In this document: positions 49,024 to 62,002 of the stretch, piece by piece
Numbering within the stretch: the stretch's first letter is position 1
Layout of the letters: every line of letters begins with the position of its first letter
The notes under the pieces: generated by a model
Told to the model about the DNA's origin: nothing
Database searches by the model: none
The model's input: only the letters and a program-made list of their open reading frames with translations
Origin: Eledone cirrhosa
Lineage: Eukaryota
Length of the DNA: 64,000 nt
Direction: 5' to 3'
NCBI GenBank assembly: GCA_964016885.1
Contig: OZ024745.1
Coordinates: 120,900,001 to 120,964,000 of the forward strand
Made by a program: the position numbers and the translations under genes

Positions 49024-51314
49024 CTCTATATATACTATTATATTTTCACAGTAAAGGCTTTATCTCACATAAACATCTCACATAATATCGAAGCTATGAG
49101 ATTTTGATATTTATTTTGAGAACACCTTTACATTGGAATAAGCAGCTGGTTACGGCTGGTTTGAACAGAAAGAGGTGAGAGAATTTTAACCAGATATGGC
49201 TGGTTTAAATGCTAAAGGGTTAAGGCAATGACTACAGCGTGCCTTTTCATTTGCTGAGTTAGCTTGATGTCTGTCATCATTTATCTGAAAAGAAATGATA
49301 ATCAGAACAGGCTAGTAAAAAGTTAGAGCTATTAAAAGACATATCCTCAAGGAACTGAGCAACCTTATATAGGATTGGAGAGGACTCTTCAATCTGGCCC
49401 AACATGTGACAACTTTTCTAGTACTGGTGCCACAATAAAATGCACCCAACACAACCTGTAAATTATAAGTGTTGGTACTATAAAATTCACCCAGTCCACT
49501 CAATAAAGTGGTAATGCTAGTGCCACTGCACCTAGAACACGCTGTAAAGTAGTAGTGGTGGTACCAAAAAGAAACAAACCATCTAGTACATTCTGAAAAA
49601 TGGTTAATGTTAGGAAGGACTTCCAGCCATACAAACCCTGCTAAATATCCAAATATGGAATGAATGAGAAAGATGGAGTCACTCTAACCTGTCTAGCCTC
49701 AGACCATGACAACCCATCCAAATCATGCCAGTGTGAAAGGCGGACATAAAATGATGACGATGGTGATGATGCCTTCTGATGGAATGAAAGACAATGTAGG
49801 CCCTAGTGGGAGTTAAGCCAATAATCAAACTAGATAAACTGTATTTCGTTTGGCACTTCACTGTCTTGGATATATTCACTCATCAGATGATAGACTACAT
49901 TTCAATATGATGAGATTCAAAACCAATTTAATTGTAGATTATTTCCATTAGTTTTGATAATAAGCATTCAATTGTTCAATCAACTCAATATCAGACTCAT
50001 TAAATTAGTATGTGAAGTTACATAGCTTAGTGGTTAGAGAATTGAATTCACAGTCATGAGGTTGAAAGTTTGATTCGCAGACCGGGGAATATGTTATGTC
50101 CTTGAGGGTGACACTTTATTTCACATTGCTCTTTCTGCCAGGAGTTATGACTGGTATCAGCAATGGAAATATTGTTTCCTTGGTCCAATTTGATGAGTTC
50201 TACCCTACTCAGTAAGTAAATAAGGTCAGATCTTGTTAATCGATTGATCAATGTGGCTCCCAACCCCACAGCAGTACCTGGCTTAATGCCATACCCTTGC
50301 CATCAGTGCTGATAAAGTATCAGTCATTCTCTGATAGAGTTGTTGTTGAACCTGTAGCAGTGGAAACTTCTGGCTTTCTTGGTCCCTGGATCACCTACAC
50401 CTACTTACCCACTACTATCCAGTCAAAGTTGGCTACCAGCAAGAGTGAGCCCGAGTTGGAATGGCTATTTCATCATGTCTCCCTCATCCTCTTCCAGGAC
50501 AATATCTTCTCCATTCTGTCCACTGGAACTACAAGGTAGCTTGAGGCTGAGATTTTGCATGCCAGAGAGCATTCTCCCACATCATCTGGGTCCGTAACAT
50601 CAAGGTAACAATATTTGAGTACTCACAGACATATGTAGCTTTAACATAATTCCCACCAAATCAGCATGATACACTAGATGACAAAGTTGCACTTTTGAAT
50701 TACAGATATAATCCACACAACAGATTTCCACACAGTTTCTCTCAACCAAATTTCATTTACAAGGCTTAGAGTGACTCAAGGCCTTGGTAAAGACACTTGC
50801 CCAAGATACCATGAGGTAGCATTGAACCCAGGGTGATGAAGTATAAATGAGCTGAAAGAAAAACTGGGTATAAGAGAAATCATATGGATGTTAATCTTTG
50901 GGTAAAGAAGTGCCAGGAAATCTCAGTGAAAGGTACCTACAGTAGAGGAAGAGCAAGGAAGATCTGAGCAGAGGATGTGAAAGCTGATCTCAAATCACTG
51001 AAGTTCACAGTGGAGGTGACAAAGGACCACAGCAAATGAAGGGATGCTGTGCTGGAAATGATCGATCCAGCCCATAAAAGCATGAAAAAGTAGACATAAA
51101 ATGATATTTCTTGGATAAATGGAAGATTAAATGAGAAGTTATGATGCTCATGCTTTTTCTAAGGATGCTAATAAAGTAGATTTACATTGGATTTGAAACT
51201 ACATAATAGATTTATAGCCATGCTACAACACCCACTATTTTATATCAGGAAATATGTAAGCAAACAGATTTTAAACACTGGTAAGAGATTTCTTAAAGAT
51301 TGCTAGATACTTAC

Positions 51315-51496
51315 GCTAGTGCAATACCCCAATGTGATTCGGAAAATTTTGTGGCTACTTTAAATAGAACCATGCCAACAAGACACATTGCTGGAATAAT
51401 AGTAACTGGTCCAATGAACTTCATCAGAACTCCGACTAAACCTGTAGCACCTATAAGGAAGTGAACTATACCAGCCAACATCAAACTTCCTTCAAG
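51315..51496 (-). CDS. SLC23/NAT exon (LEGSLMLAGIVHFLIGATGLVGVLMKFIGPVTIIP...ESHWGIAL)
   Basis: tttcAG acceptor and GTaagt donor, 182 nt, phase 0-2. IGP.T..P and HWGI motifs. Not in the ORF track. Confidence 0.94.
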
Positions 51497-53019
51497 CTGA
51501 AATGAGAAGAAAAATGCAATAGAACAGGGTTTATATTAAGGAAATTTTACAACTGCACAAATCAGGGGCCATGAGCCAGTGTTTAATATTGTCTGAGTTT
51601 GAGAAGCATTTGTAATAGCTATTTTAACATTTTATGAGTGTTTTAAATCTTTTAACCATCATTTACCATGTAAATACATATAACATTTGACACAAGGTGT
51701 AAACTTACTGCACAAAATTAGATTTAGAACTGCAGAAGCAAGGGTAAATTGAATGTTAAAATAATCACATAGAAATAGAAAATGGAAGGTGATGTTGTCA
51801 GTATAAAAACCTATACTGCTGGAAGTAGTAGAAATGATGCCAAACATATAGAGGAAAAATAGTATGAGAAAAATGCCAGATTCTTTAAGAATGCTTTATG
51901 AGGTATGGCACAAAATGGGAATCATATGTGTTATGCTGCAATGAAGAGCTCAGTGAGGGAGCTGCTTATCCAAGAAAATGAAGATAGTCACACAAGTGAT
52001 GGAAGGTCAATACATTTGGAGCTGAAGCAAAGACTAACATACTAGGCAGAGGAAGAGGAGGGGGGAAAACCTTTTTTTTTACCTGGGTAAATAACTCCTC
52101 AACATATAATAAATACTTCTGCAAATCCATGTTAAAGTGGAACTCAAAAGCAACATTTTTAACAAAGTGATTTTCATGCTAATCTCTAACAAAAACTTTG
52201 CTAATGTATAAAGCAGGCATGAGAAACCTTTTATGAGCAGTAGAGTAGACTGCATGAGATATGGCTCAATATAAAGCAAGCTACATTCCTAAACAAATAT
52301 AATCTTGAAATTAAGTGTCATTCAGAAAGCCCACAACTGGTCTAAAGTGTTGGCTTTTCTAAGAGTATAACTCTTTCAAATCTGAAATAGACAATGACGG
52401 AGCTGGTATAGTGGTCATAAGAGCTCTTTATTTATAACCACCTTCTTTACTAAATATATATATATATTTGTGTATGGAAAAATAGGGAGTTTGTGGGAGG
52501 AAAACATAACACTGGAGAGAATGATTATCCTAATTAGAGTGAATTAGTTTTGTATGTTAAGTGAAGACAGTGTTTAAACCTTTCAATGCCATATTTCTAA
52601 TGACATACACTGCATTTCAATTAATTAACCTTTAAGCACTTACATTATTCTATATTTATTATTGTATTTTTACAGTAAAGGCTTTACCTCACATAATTAT
52701 CTCAGATTATCGCATATCGAATCTGTGAGATTTTGATATTTATTTTGAGAACAATACCTTAACATAAGTATGAGCAGCCAGTTTGAACAGAAAGGTGAGA
52801 AAATTCTGGCTGGATAGAGCCGGTTTAAATGCTAAAGGGTTAATGAAAAATTTAGAGGGATTTACTAACATTTTTAAGTATTTCATTATTAAGGTAGTAT
52901 TATTAACATTATATATGTTTCTTATATAAAATAATGTTGAAAGATTTAAATAGGAATCTTTTAAAATGGGTGGCATTGTTTCATGAAAACCAAACGCAGG
53001 TTTGGGTGGATTGGTATCC

Positions 53020-53370
53020 TTCTTATCATGTCCACTACAAAACCTGGTTAGATATGGTTCCACCACAGCTGAACACATTGCCATCTTTTCTCATTAAACT
53101 CTGCCAAGTCCAATGCTGTGTTGGGGTGTTCCAGCAAGGGGGCATATAAGAAGGTGCTGCATAGTTTGTGGTTTGATGCCACACTCACACACAAGGTCTC
53201 CATCCTTTAAATATCCCCATTTTGCAAGACCAACACCAGATATTAATCTGCTGAGGCATTTCCACACTGCATAGTTTGTATCTGTTCCAGAGGGCAGTGC
53301 CTCACTCACCTTTAGCTCCATTGTTGTTACAGATGGGAGGTTGTTAAGTTTTTCTTCCCAGCAAAAGGGT
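53020..53370 (-). mobile_element. Ingi/Vingi-like LINE 3' fragment with CCHC finger
   Basis: WKCLSRLISGVG..KWGY...CECGIKPQTMQHLLICP. Confidence 0.6.
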
Positions 53371-53646
53371 TAAAGATGGGGCACATCTGATAGAAGGTAA
53401 TTCTGATTACGGAATTAAAATAAAAGTAGAGCTGGAGTTATATTTGGCAAGAAACCACAAGAAAAAGGAAAAATGAGGTAGGGGGGAAGGGGATAAAAAT
53501 AAAGAGACATGTACTTTTAATGGTTTGTCTGTCTTTCTATAAAAAATATTATTACATTGAAAACTATTCTTTGTTTGAATTGCAGCTGCACAACCTTTTG
53601 TGAATCATTTGAGAGTGGGGTGTAAGTGAATGCTTGTATGTGAAGA

Positions 53647-53688
<42 letters not shown>

Positions 53689-53982
53689 ATATATACAGAG
53701 AGAGAGAGTGGGGGGAGAGAGGAAAAATATCAAGTAGAATGGTTCCTATTAAATATTTAAATATTTAACAAAATAAATCTCTGAACAATGATATTTTTTC
53801 TATCATCAACAGAATTGATTGAATTGGCCAAGTTAGACAACCAGACTGCTGGTCAATGTAAGAGGCGGGGATTTACTTTTTAATGTAATGAGGAAACATT
53901 ATAAAACTAAAAAGAAGATTACATAAAATCCATTATGAAATAGCAGTATCATTTCAGCAGATGTTTCCAAATACAAGGGTTT

Positions 53983-54325
53983 CATCATCATCATCATCAT
54001 CATTTTACGTCTGCTTTTCCCTGCTTGCAAGGGTGGGACGGGAACTGATTCTGGCTTGATTTCTACAGCTGGATGCCCTTCCTAACACCAACCTCATTTA
54101 CAGTGAGTGCTGGGTGCTTTTTTGCCGTGGCACCTCCACGACCACTTTACAGTGGAATGATAGGGACCTCAGTCCCTATCATCTCATTTCTACAGCTGAG
54201 TAAACTGGAGCAATGTGAAATAAAGTGTCTTGCTCAAGGAAACAACACATCACCCGGTCTGAGTATTGAACTCACAACCTTTCGATTGCAAGCCCAATGC
54301 TCTAACCACTAAGCCATGTGCCTCC
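53983..54325 (-). mobile_element. Full-length tRNA-derived SINE family 2 with RTE-derived 3' tail
   Basis: tRNA-like head (TGGCTTAGTGG A-box, GAGTTCAATAC B-box), central GTGTTAGGAAGGGCATCC block, and a 3' 43 nt matching the RTE end at 39532-39574, then (TGA)n. Many partial copies, e.g. 6844-7090, 8930-9185, 18650-18905, 33760-34060. Confidence 0.85.
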
Positions 54326-54408
54326 ATGTGAATATAAATTACTTTACTTCTAGATATTGGAGCCTGGCTTTTTGTGTGTACAATTAATTGTAGAAATATC
54401 AGGTTTTA

Positions 54409-54833
54409 TATAAAGGATGATGTACTCATGCGTGGAGATGCTATAACATAGCTTATAAAATAGGGTGGAGACCCTTAAAGATGGAAAAAGTTGCCAACTT
54501 CTTTTTCTATCTTTAACTTTCTGGGTGTTCCAGGTGCATTATGTTGCTGATAGAGTACCGTATTTCCTGTCCTCGAGGACGCACCCTAATTTTGACAACC
54601 AAAAATTAAAAAAAAATAATAAACAACCTTCGGCCTCCAGGACGCATGGTAGATTTTTTAGAATTATTTTAGGAAAAAAGTATTGTGTTCGCCGCCGGGA
54701 AATACAGTAATCCCCCCTTAATACATAATGCAGTGTCAAGGGAAGCAATTCATTAACAAATTCAGTGTGCTGAAGGTTAAGGGTGTTCACCCTATTTTAT
54801 AGCATTCCATGCATAAGCACTTCATTCTTTATA
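54409..54833. mobile_element. Three-level nested MITEs: outer inverted-repeat element, TTAA-type MITE (~54513-54780), Tigger/pogo-like MITE (54557-54709)
   Basis: Outer arms ...TATAAAATAGGGTG and CACCCTATTTTATA... The middle element is also at 15641-15755 and 31360-31470. The inner element TA-CCGTATTTCC...GGAAATACAG-TA is also at 10727-10897. Confidence 0.7.
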
Positions 54834-57800
54834 TTCGTTTTATCTTTGTAAATGTCTGAGAGATCAGCTATGTATACATCATATTTTATATATAAATGAA
54901 GATATGATGTGTTATATATAGTCTCTGATGGTCACCCTACTATGTTAGATGAGGCAGATGTGCAGCCAAAGGGAGATAGTTGACACAGATTATCAGAGGT
55001 AAAACTAATAAACTGATTTGAAAGTCAACTACTTCATCTGAGTGAAAAGCCCACAGTGTAGAGTGATAGTGCTGGTACCACAGTAAAGACCACCCAATCC
55101 ACTCTGCAAAGTGGTAGTGTTGATGCTATGACAAAAAGCAGCACCCTGTCCACCCTGTAAGGTGGAATCATGATAAATTGCTCTCAGTACACACTACAAA
55201 GTGGTTGACATTATGGAGGCCATCTAGCCATAGAAACCAGACCAAAAACAGAGTGTTTGAGCAAAACATGGTTACCTCACTTTTCTAGCCTCAGTACATA
55301 ACAACCCAACTAATTCATGCAAGCATGTTAAATGATGATAATTGTTTGTTGAACAGCTAAGATAAGAATTCCAACAAAATATATTCCAATCAACACAAAT
55401 TATCTTGTAAAATCTTATTAAACCAGTTGGATATAAAATATTTAATGTTGGCTTTTCAAGTCCGTACTGTGAAGTAGCTCTCCAGGAATAATGATATATT
55501 TAAAGAGAGATGGCAACAGTCAGTTGCTATCTGCAAATATATCAGTCCAGCATCACAGTATATCATTAGCTACAGTAGCACCTCTAACACCAACCACACT
55601 ACAATTATATCTACCCATGTCTTTTCTTCTGTACATTAATGTCCTACATGCTGTCACCTTTAACAACACACTGTGCTATTCAGACGATACTACATGACTC
55701 AGCTCACAGTTACTGTTTAACAGAAAGTCTAAATATATCTGAAATACTCCTCTCCATGAACACAAAACTTGAAAACATCCTTTCCTACCAGGAACTGTAA
55801 ACCCTGTAAGTTCCTCCTACCCATATTTTTCCTAAATATGCCCTAGGCGAACATCAACCACATCAATCATGCTAGTCTTAGAGGACCTGTAAAGTTCATG
55901 GGTATTACTCCACCTTCTGACTATTCTTAAAAAGTATTAACCTTTTTGATACCAACCCAGTTAATGAAACAAAACCTCCTACTTTAACCCTTAAACCAGG
56001 CAGAATTCTGTTAAAACCAGCTGTAACTGGCGACTCATACTAACAAAATAAATAACATAAAAATCTCATAGATTCGATATCATGTGAGATAAGTATGTGA
56101 GGTAAAGCCTTTACTACAAAAATACGAGTTTGAACAGAAAGAGGTGAAAGTATTCTGGCCGGATATGGCCAGTTTAAATGCTAAATGGTTAAATTGACCT
56201 CAATACATTAGTGTTACTTTATTTTATTGACCCAAGAAGGATGAAAGGCAAAGTTAACCTAGGCAGGATTTGAACTTAGAATATAAAGAACCAGAAAAAA
56301 TAGCACAATGGCATTATTTCCGACACTATAATGATTCTGCCAACCAGCCATCCTGGCAGGAAACAGTAATAGTAAAAACATATAAAAAAACAAATCTTTA
56401 TCAAATACAAAATTCTTAAAATCCCTCCCCATTAATCATAAGATTATTGTCACCATGTTTAACAAAATATTTTAAATCAACTATTATAATTTACTTATCT
56501 TCTTAATATCCTTTGAAAAGCAAGAAAAATCGATAATCTCAAAAGATATCAATATATTAACTATATTAATTCTAATTATTGGTCCCCATACTTCTGGCTG
56601 ATGGAAAATACTCTTCCTACTCAGAAATTGTATTTTTAAAAATCCTGCTTGTATTGTTACTAGATTTTCTTTGGTCAATCTACATTGAACTATCAATAAG
56701 CTAGCCCCGAGTTACAAAAGCATCTCTGTCATACTTGTTACTTATTAAGAAATCTCCTAGAAATAAGTTTTGACTGACATCATAATTAACATAATGTGTA
56801 GCTTAATATGGTGTCAAAATATAGAAGCAATTTTCTTTTTATGATAAGTAGAGCTTTATTTCACATTGTTCTTTCTACCAGGAGTTGCAACCAGTAGATA
56901 GTATCAGCAATGGAAAGACCAATGGAAAACATTGTTTCCTTGGTCTGACTGGACAAGTTCCACCCCATTTGGAAAGTGAATGTGATCTGAGATCTTGTCG
57001 ATCATGTAAAAAAAAAAAAAGAGAGAAATTTGAGCTCTTGAAGCCATGCTTGCACAGCATATTGCAGTTGTTTCTTAACCAGGAAGTTATCACATAAAAA
57101 CAAAGTCTGCTCCTTTATTTCGTTTGGGGAAATTGAAAAAGAAGAAACACAAAAAAGTATTTAAAAAAAAAAAAATCTAAAGAAAAATTTAAAAGACTTT
57201 TGTTGAAACACTAATATTTATTTTATCAGACTGAGGGAGGGAGGTAACTATTCTCTCTTTTGTCAAGCTTCATCATTACTATATAAAAATATGACTTGAA
57301 AAATGTGACACAAGAGAATTGAAATTATATTTCTATAAAGTATCCTAGATGTAAATGAAATTCATTAGATGTAGGACAGTCTTTGTTGATCGTGGGCGGT
57401 GGATTGGCAGTATCGGTAGAGGGTCAGACGCCATGCTTTCCAGCATAGTTACGTCCCTTTACGATCTGAGTTCAAATCCCGCCGAGGTTGACTTTGCCTT
57501 TCATCCTTACGGGGTCGATAAAATAAAGTACCAGTAATGCAATGGATAATTGCTGGCTTTGTGCCTAAAGTAGAAACAATTATTAGCATGGAAAAAGGGC
57601 AGTGGATTGGCAGTTACGGTAGAGGGTCGGACGCCATGCTTTGCCGAATAGAGTTACGGCCCTTTATGTTCTGAGTTCAAATCCCACCAAGGTTAACTTT
57701 GCCTTTCATCCTTACGGGGTCGATTAAATAAAGCACCAGTAACATACTGGAGGCAATTTAATCGACTTTCCCTTCCCCCAAATTACTGGCCTTGTGCCTA

Positions 57801-57889
57801 TACTAGAAATCATTATTAGCATGAAAATCATTTTCTTCTTTGAACTAATTAATATCATAAAAGATAACTATCATGCACTAATTAAACTA

Positions 57890-58230
57890 GATTCCTAACC
57901 CTAACACCCATATTTCATTTCTTTCTGATTCCTCAAACCAGATCCCTAACCCTAACACACGTTTCATTTCTTTCTGATCCCTCAAACCAGATCCCTAACC
58001 CTAACACCCACATTTCATTTCTTTCTGATTCCTCAAACCAGATCCCTAACCCTAACACACGTTTCATTTCTTTCTGATCCCTCAAACCAGATCCCTAACC
58101 CTAACACCCACATTTCATTTCTTTCTGATTCCTCAAACCAGATCCCTAACCCTAACACACGTTTCATTTCTTTCTGATCCCTCAAACCAGATCCCTAACC
58201 CTAACACCCATATTTCATTTCTTTCTGATC
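57890..58230. repeat. Minisatellite with alternating 51/49-bp units (100-bp higher-order repeat) containing CCCTAACCCTAA
   Basis: Units start at 57890, 57941, 57990, 58041, 58090, 58141 and 58190. Confidence 0.93.
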
Positions 58231-58430
58231 ACCGAAACACCTCCAACCTTTCTTGTACACACCTATCCATCATACATCAACAAAAAGCCAACCACTTCTT
58301 TGGCTTTCTTTAGATATTATTATCATATCAAATGTAATGCACCAAATTAATCTAACCATCCGCAGAGACTCTCACCATGTTAGGAGCCCGGACGGACACA
58401 TCTGTTGTTGGACAAAGAAAATCAACATAC

Positions 58431-58510
58431 CAGCTGAACCTTGAGTAGCATGTTATCATTATGATCTCTTTCAATATCAGATTGGTTGGTTGCATTAACC
58501 ATTGATTTGT
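58431..58510 (-). CDS. SLC23/NAT exon, extracellular loop (KSMVNATNQSDIERDHNDNMLLKVQL); most 5' exon found in the window
   Basis: ttttcAG acceptor and GTatgt donor, 80 nt, phase 1-0. Joins LEGSLML in frame. Two N-x-S/T sequons, as in the glycosylated TM3-4 loop of SVCTs. Confidence 0.8.
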
Positions 58511-60701
58511 CTGAAAAATATGTGTTTAAGGAGAAATTCATGATGAAAATTTACTTTAAGCATATCAGATAAACATTTTTTGAACAGACAAAATTTCAAA
58601 GAGGATAAAAATGAAGATAGGCAATGAAGCAATAGCTGCTTTGTTTCAGAACAGCTTAAATTATGAATACTGTTAGGATAAAAAACAAATACATAGTAAG
58701 TCTGTTTAAATATTTCTCAACTTCATAATACCAACCAGTAAGAGTTTTAACAGATCATGTCAATGTCTAATCTCACATTATCTCCAACAGACTTTTTTTA
58801 TGAAAGAAAAGAGAAAGAGTGGAAAATTTTATTAAAGAAACAAGTTATAGTCCCAGAAAACTAATAATAGTTTCTAATTTAGGCACAAGGCCAGCAGTTT
58901 GGGGGTAGGGGGAAATTGATTATACTATCCCCTTACTGGTACTTTATTTTACCAACCCTGGAATGATGAAATGCAAAGTTGATCTTGGTGGGTTTTGAGC
59001 TCAAAATATAGAAAGAATTAAATGATCTACTGATCCTGCTAACCCACTATTCTATAGACAATGGTCATTAAAGAAGAACTCTCTGACAAATATTATTTGA
59101 TTAACATAGAGATGAAAGACAATGTTTGTCTTCAAGAGATTTTAATGCAGAATAGTGTTAAACCTATACTGGTATTGTAAAACATTCTGACATTTCTGTT
59201 CTAATAAACAGGAAGTAATGCAAAAAGAATTGGCAAAATCCTGATGCAAAGGTTGCTAAAAACAAAAACAGTTTAGCAAAGAAAACAGTCGTTTTCTCAA
59301 CATTTGCCTTGTTTCTGTGAGTCAGCATTAATATTTTTCTAATAAGATTTAATGCCAATCAAAACCAGCAAGAAAATGGTGTCTACATAGCCATTTAACC
59401 GTTTAGCATTTACATTACTCTATATATACTATTCTATTTTCACAGTAAAGGCTTTACCTCACATAATATCTCATAACATTTACATTACTCTATATTTACT
59501 ATTGTATTTTAACACTAAAGGCTTCACCTTACATAATATCTCATAACATTTACATGACTATATATTTACTATTGTATTTTAAACACTAAAGGCTTTACCT
59601 TACATAATATCTCATAACATTTACATGACTTTATATTTACTATTGTATTTTAACACTAAATCTCACATAATATCGAATCTTGACATTATTTATTTTGAGA
59701 AGATTATCTTAACGTCGATATGAGGGGCAGTTATAGTCGGTTTGAACAGAAAGAGGTGATAGAATTCTGGCCAGATATGGCCGGTTTAAATACTAAAGTG
59801 TTAACCATCAATCCTCACAAAACAAAACAGAAAAACCATAAACTTTTGCTTAAATTTTAACCTCAATTTTTAATGAATTCAAAAAATCCTTTTAAGCTAA
59901 CTAATCTATAAAACTAAACCAAAATACAGCCAACCGGCAGGAGACCCAGGGGTTGACCTTGAGCAAAATGTTTGGAAAACATCCATTAGATTGGCTGCAC
60001 TCGCTTGGGGATCCTGCTAGATCAGTTAGAGATGGTTGCTTTTAACAGGACCCGCTAGAAGGAGTGTTTTAGGACTCTGTCCCTGGGACCTTCCCAGGAA
60101 TAAGTGGTGGAGGAGGAGAAGCAGAAGGAGAAGAAGAAGGAGAAGAAGACAAACCTTTATCCTATAATATAATGATCCACAAAATGTTAACCTTCCTATA
60201 ATTCTAAAAATTATTATTCTCATAAATGAAAAAAACAAGTTACAATCATAATATAATAAAGGGAGGAGTGCGGGACTGTGTCCTGAATATATTTTTTTAT
60301 CCTGTTAGTAAAATAAGTTAGATTACTTTGAATAAATAATTGTTTCTACTTTAGGCACAAGGCCAGCAATTATCCAGTGCATTACTGGTACTTTATTTTA
60401 TCGACCCCGTAAGGATGAAAGGCAAAGTCAACCTCGGCGGGATTTGAACTCAGATTTTAAAGGGACGTAACTATGCTGGAAAGCATGGCGTCTGACCCTC
60501 CACCGATACTGCCAATCCATCGATATTACTTTGAATAAATAATGAATGATGAATATTATATAATTTTTGTACTAAATTTCATAGCTGTTGATTAAACATA
60601 AATATTCTCATATATAATGATTGCTTATTTTAAGATTCACTTCTTTAAAAATGTTCAAATGTCTACACTTCCAGTTAGCATCCGTTATATCATAACACTT
60701 A

Positions 60702-62002
60702 TGAGGGGCGATCAAAAAGTTTGCGGAATTTTATCATAGCAAGAAAAAAATCAGGTTAAAACAATATTAAACATGTCAGAACATTGTCACTGGGTGTTTA
60801 CCTTGCTATTAGTCACTTGCAGTCAGTTATACGCGGACTATTGTACAGTACTGACACTCTTTAAAAAACCTCTTTTTGGAACAATGGAAAATAGTTATTT
60901 TGAGATAAGATCGAATATCAAGTTTCTGGTGAAACTCAAATGGAAAGGGACACAGATTATGGAGGCTTTAGTTAAAGTTTACGGTACTACTGCTCCAAAG
61001 AAAACTGCTGTCTACAAGTGGATTCAGCGATTCAAACAAGGGAAAGACGACCATCGCAGTGGAAGACCAGGAACAACAAAAAATGACCAAAACGTTGAGG
61101 CTGCTCAGACTTTAATTGAAGAAGATCGAAGAATAACAGTTAATCAGTTAGCTAAGTCCCTAGACATTTCATATGGTTCAGCAAATTCAATTCTGCACGA
61201 TAATTTGGGACTAAGAAAGCTTTCAGCGCGATGGGTCCCAAAAGCATTGCGCCCTGATCAGCTGATTGTTCGAAGTGATCTGTCTTTGGCGATATTAAAC
61301 AAAATTGAAGTTGATGAAGAGCATTTCCTGACCAGAATCATCACCGGAGATGAAAACTGGATCTACCAATATGATCCTGAATCCAAACAGCAGTCAAAAC
61401 AGTGGCTTTCACGTGGATCATCGGGGCCAATCAAGTTCAAATCTCAAAAGTCGGATCAAAAAGTGATGGCCACCATTTTCTGGGATTCAGATGGGGTGAT
61501 ACTAATAGATTATCTTGAAGGTCAAAGAACTGTGACAGGAGCTTACTATGTAAATGTTTTAAGGAAGCTGAAAGAGGCATTAGTCAAGAAACGAAAAGGG
61601 AAACTTCATGGTGGGATCTTGTTTCACCATGACAATGCACCAGCGCATTCTGCGCGGGTTGCAAAAGATGTTCTTCGAGAATTTCGATGGGAAGTGCTTC
61701 CTCACCCGCCTTATAGTCCAGATTTAGCCCCATCAGACTTTCTCCTCTTTCCAAAACTCAAAGAAATGATAAAAGGAACCCGTTTTAGTGGTGTTGAAGA
61801 AGCTAAAAACACTGCCAACACATGGCTTCGAACAAGGCCTTCAACTTTCTTTAGAGACGGCTTACAAAGCTGGAAGCATCACCTTGTGAAGTGTATTGAC
61901 CTGGATGGCAACTATGTAGAAAAATAAATTGAAGGTAAATCATATTTTTTGAAAAATAGATTATTTTCTGAAAAATTCCGCAAACTTTTTGACCCCCCCT
62001 CA
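60702..62002 (+). mobile_element. Full-length mariner transposon (1301 bp, TA TSD, ~31-bp TIRs)
   Basis: TA-TGAGGGGCGATCAAAAAGTTTGCGGAATTTT...AAAATTCCGCAAACTTTTTGACCCCCCCTCA-TA, two mismatches between the TIRs. Confidence 0.95.
60884..61927 (+). CDS. Mariner DD34D transposase (347 aa from MENSYF), uninterrupted ORF
   Basis: WVPKAL, ITGDENW, HHDNAPAH and YSPDLAPSDF motifs. 34 residues counted between the second and third Asp. Confidence 0.93.
   Translation: MENSYFEIRSNIKFLVKLKWKGTQIMEALVKVYGTTAPKKTAVYKWIQRFKQGKDDHRSGRPGTTKNDQNVEAAQTLIEEDRRITVNQLAKSLDISYGSANSILHDNLGLRKLSARWVPKALRPDQLIVRSDLSLAILNKIEVDEEHFLTRIITGDENWIYQYDPESKQQSKQWLSRGSSGPIKFKSQKSDQKVMATIFWDSDGVILIDYLEGQRTVTGAYYVNVLRKLKEALVKKRKGKLHGGILFHHDNAPAHSARVAKDVLREFRWEVLPHPPYSPDLAPSDFLLFPKLKEMIKGTRFSGVEEAKNTANTWLRTRPSTFFRDGLQSWKHHLVKCIDLDGNYVEK

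Noticed and set aside
49840-49895. Minus-strand CTGATGA...GAAA
   Set aside because: Stems II and III cannot pair, so this is a chance match.
54255-54325. tRNA genes (also at the heads of SINE1 copies)
   Set aside because: A/B boxes are present but there is no proper cloverleaf, and they continue into SINE bodies.
56590-56680. Extra SLC23 exon (AG...GT-bounded open stretch)
   Set aside because: No SLC23 similarity, and exons 58431-58510 and 51315-51496 already join in frame.
57890-58230. True telomere or interstitial telomeric array
   Set aside because: Only two CCCTAA hexamers per 50-bp unit.
60773-60883. 37-aa N-terminal extension of the mariner transposase
   Set aside because: Mariner homology and typical length start at ATG 60884. 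The upstream ATG is probably incidental.
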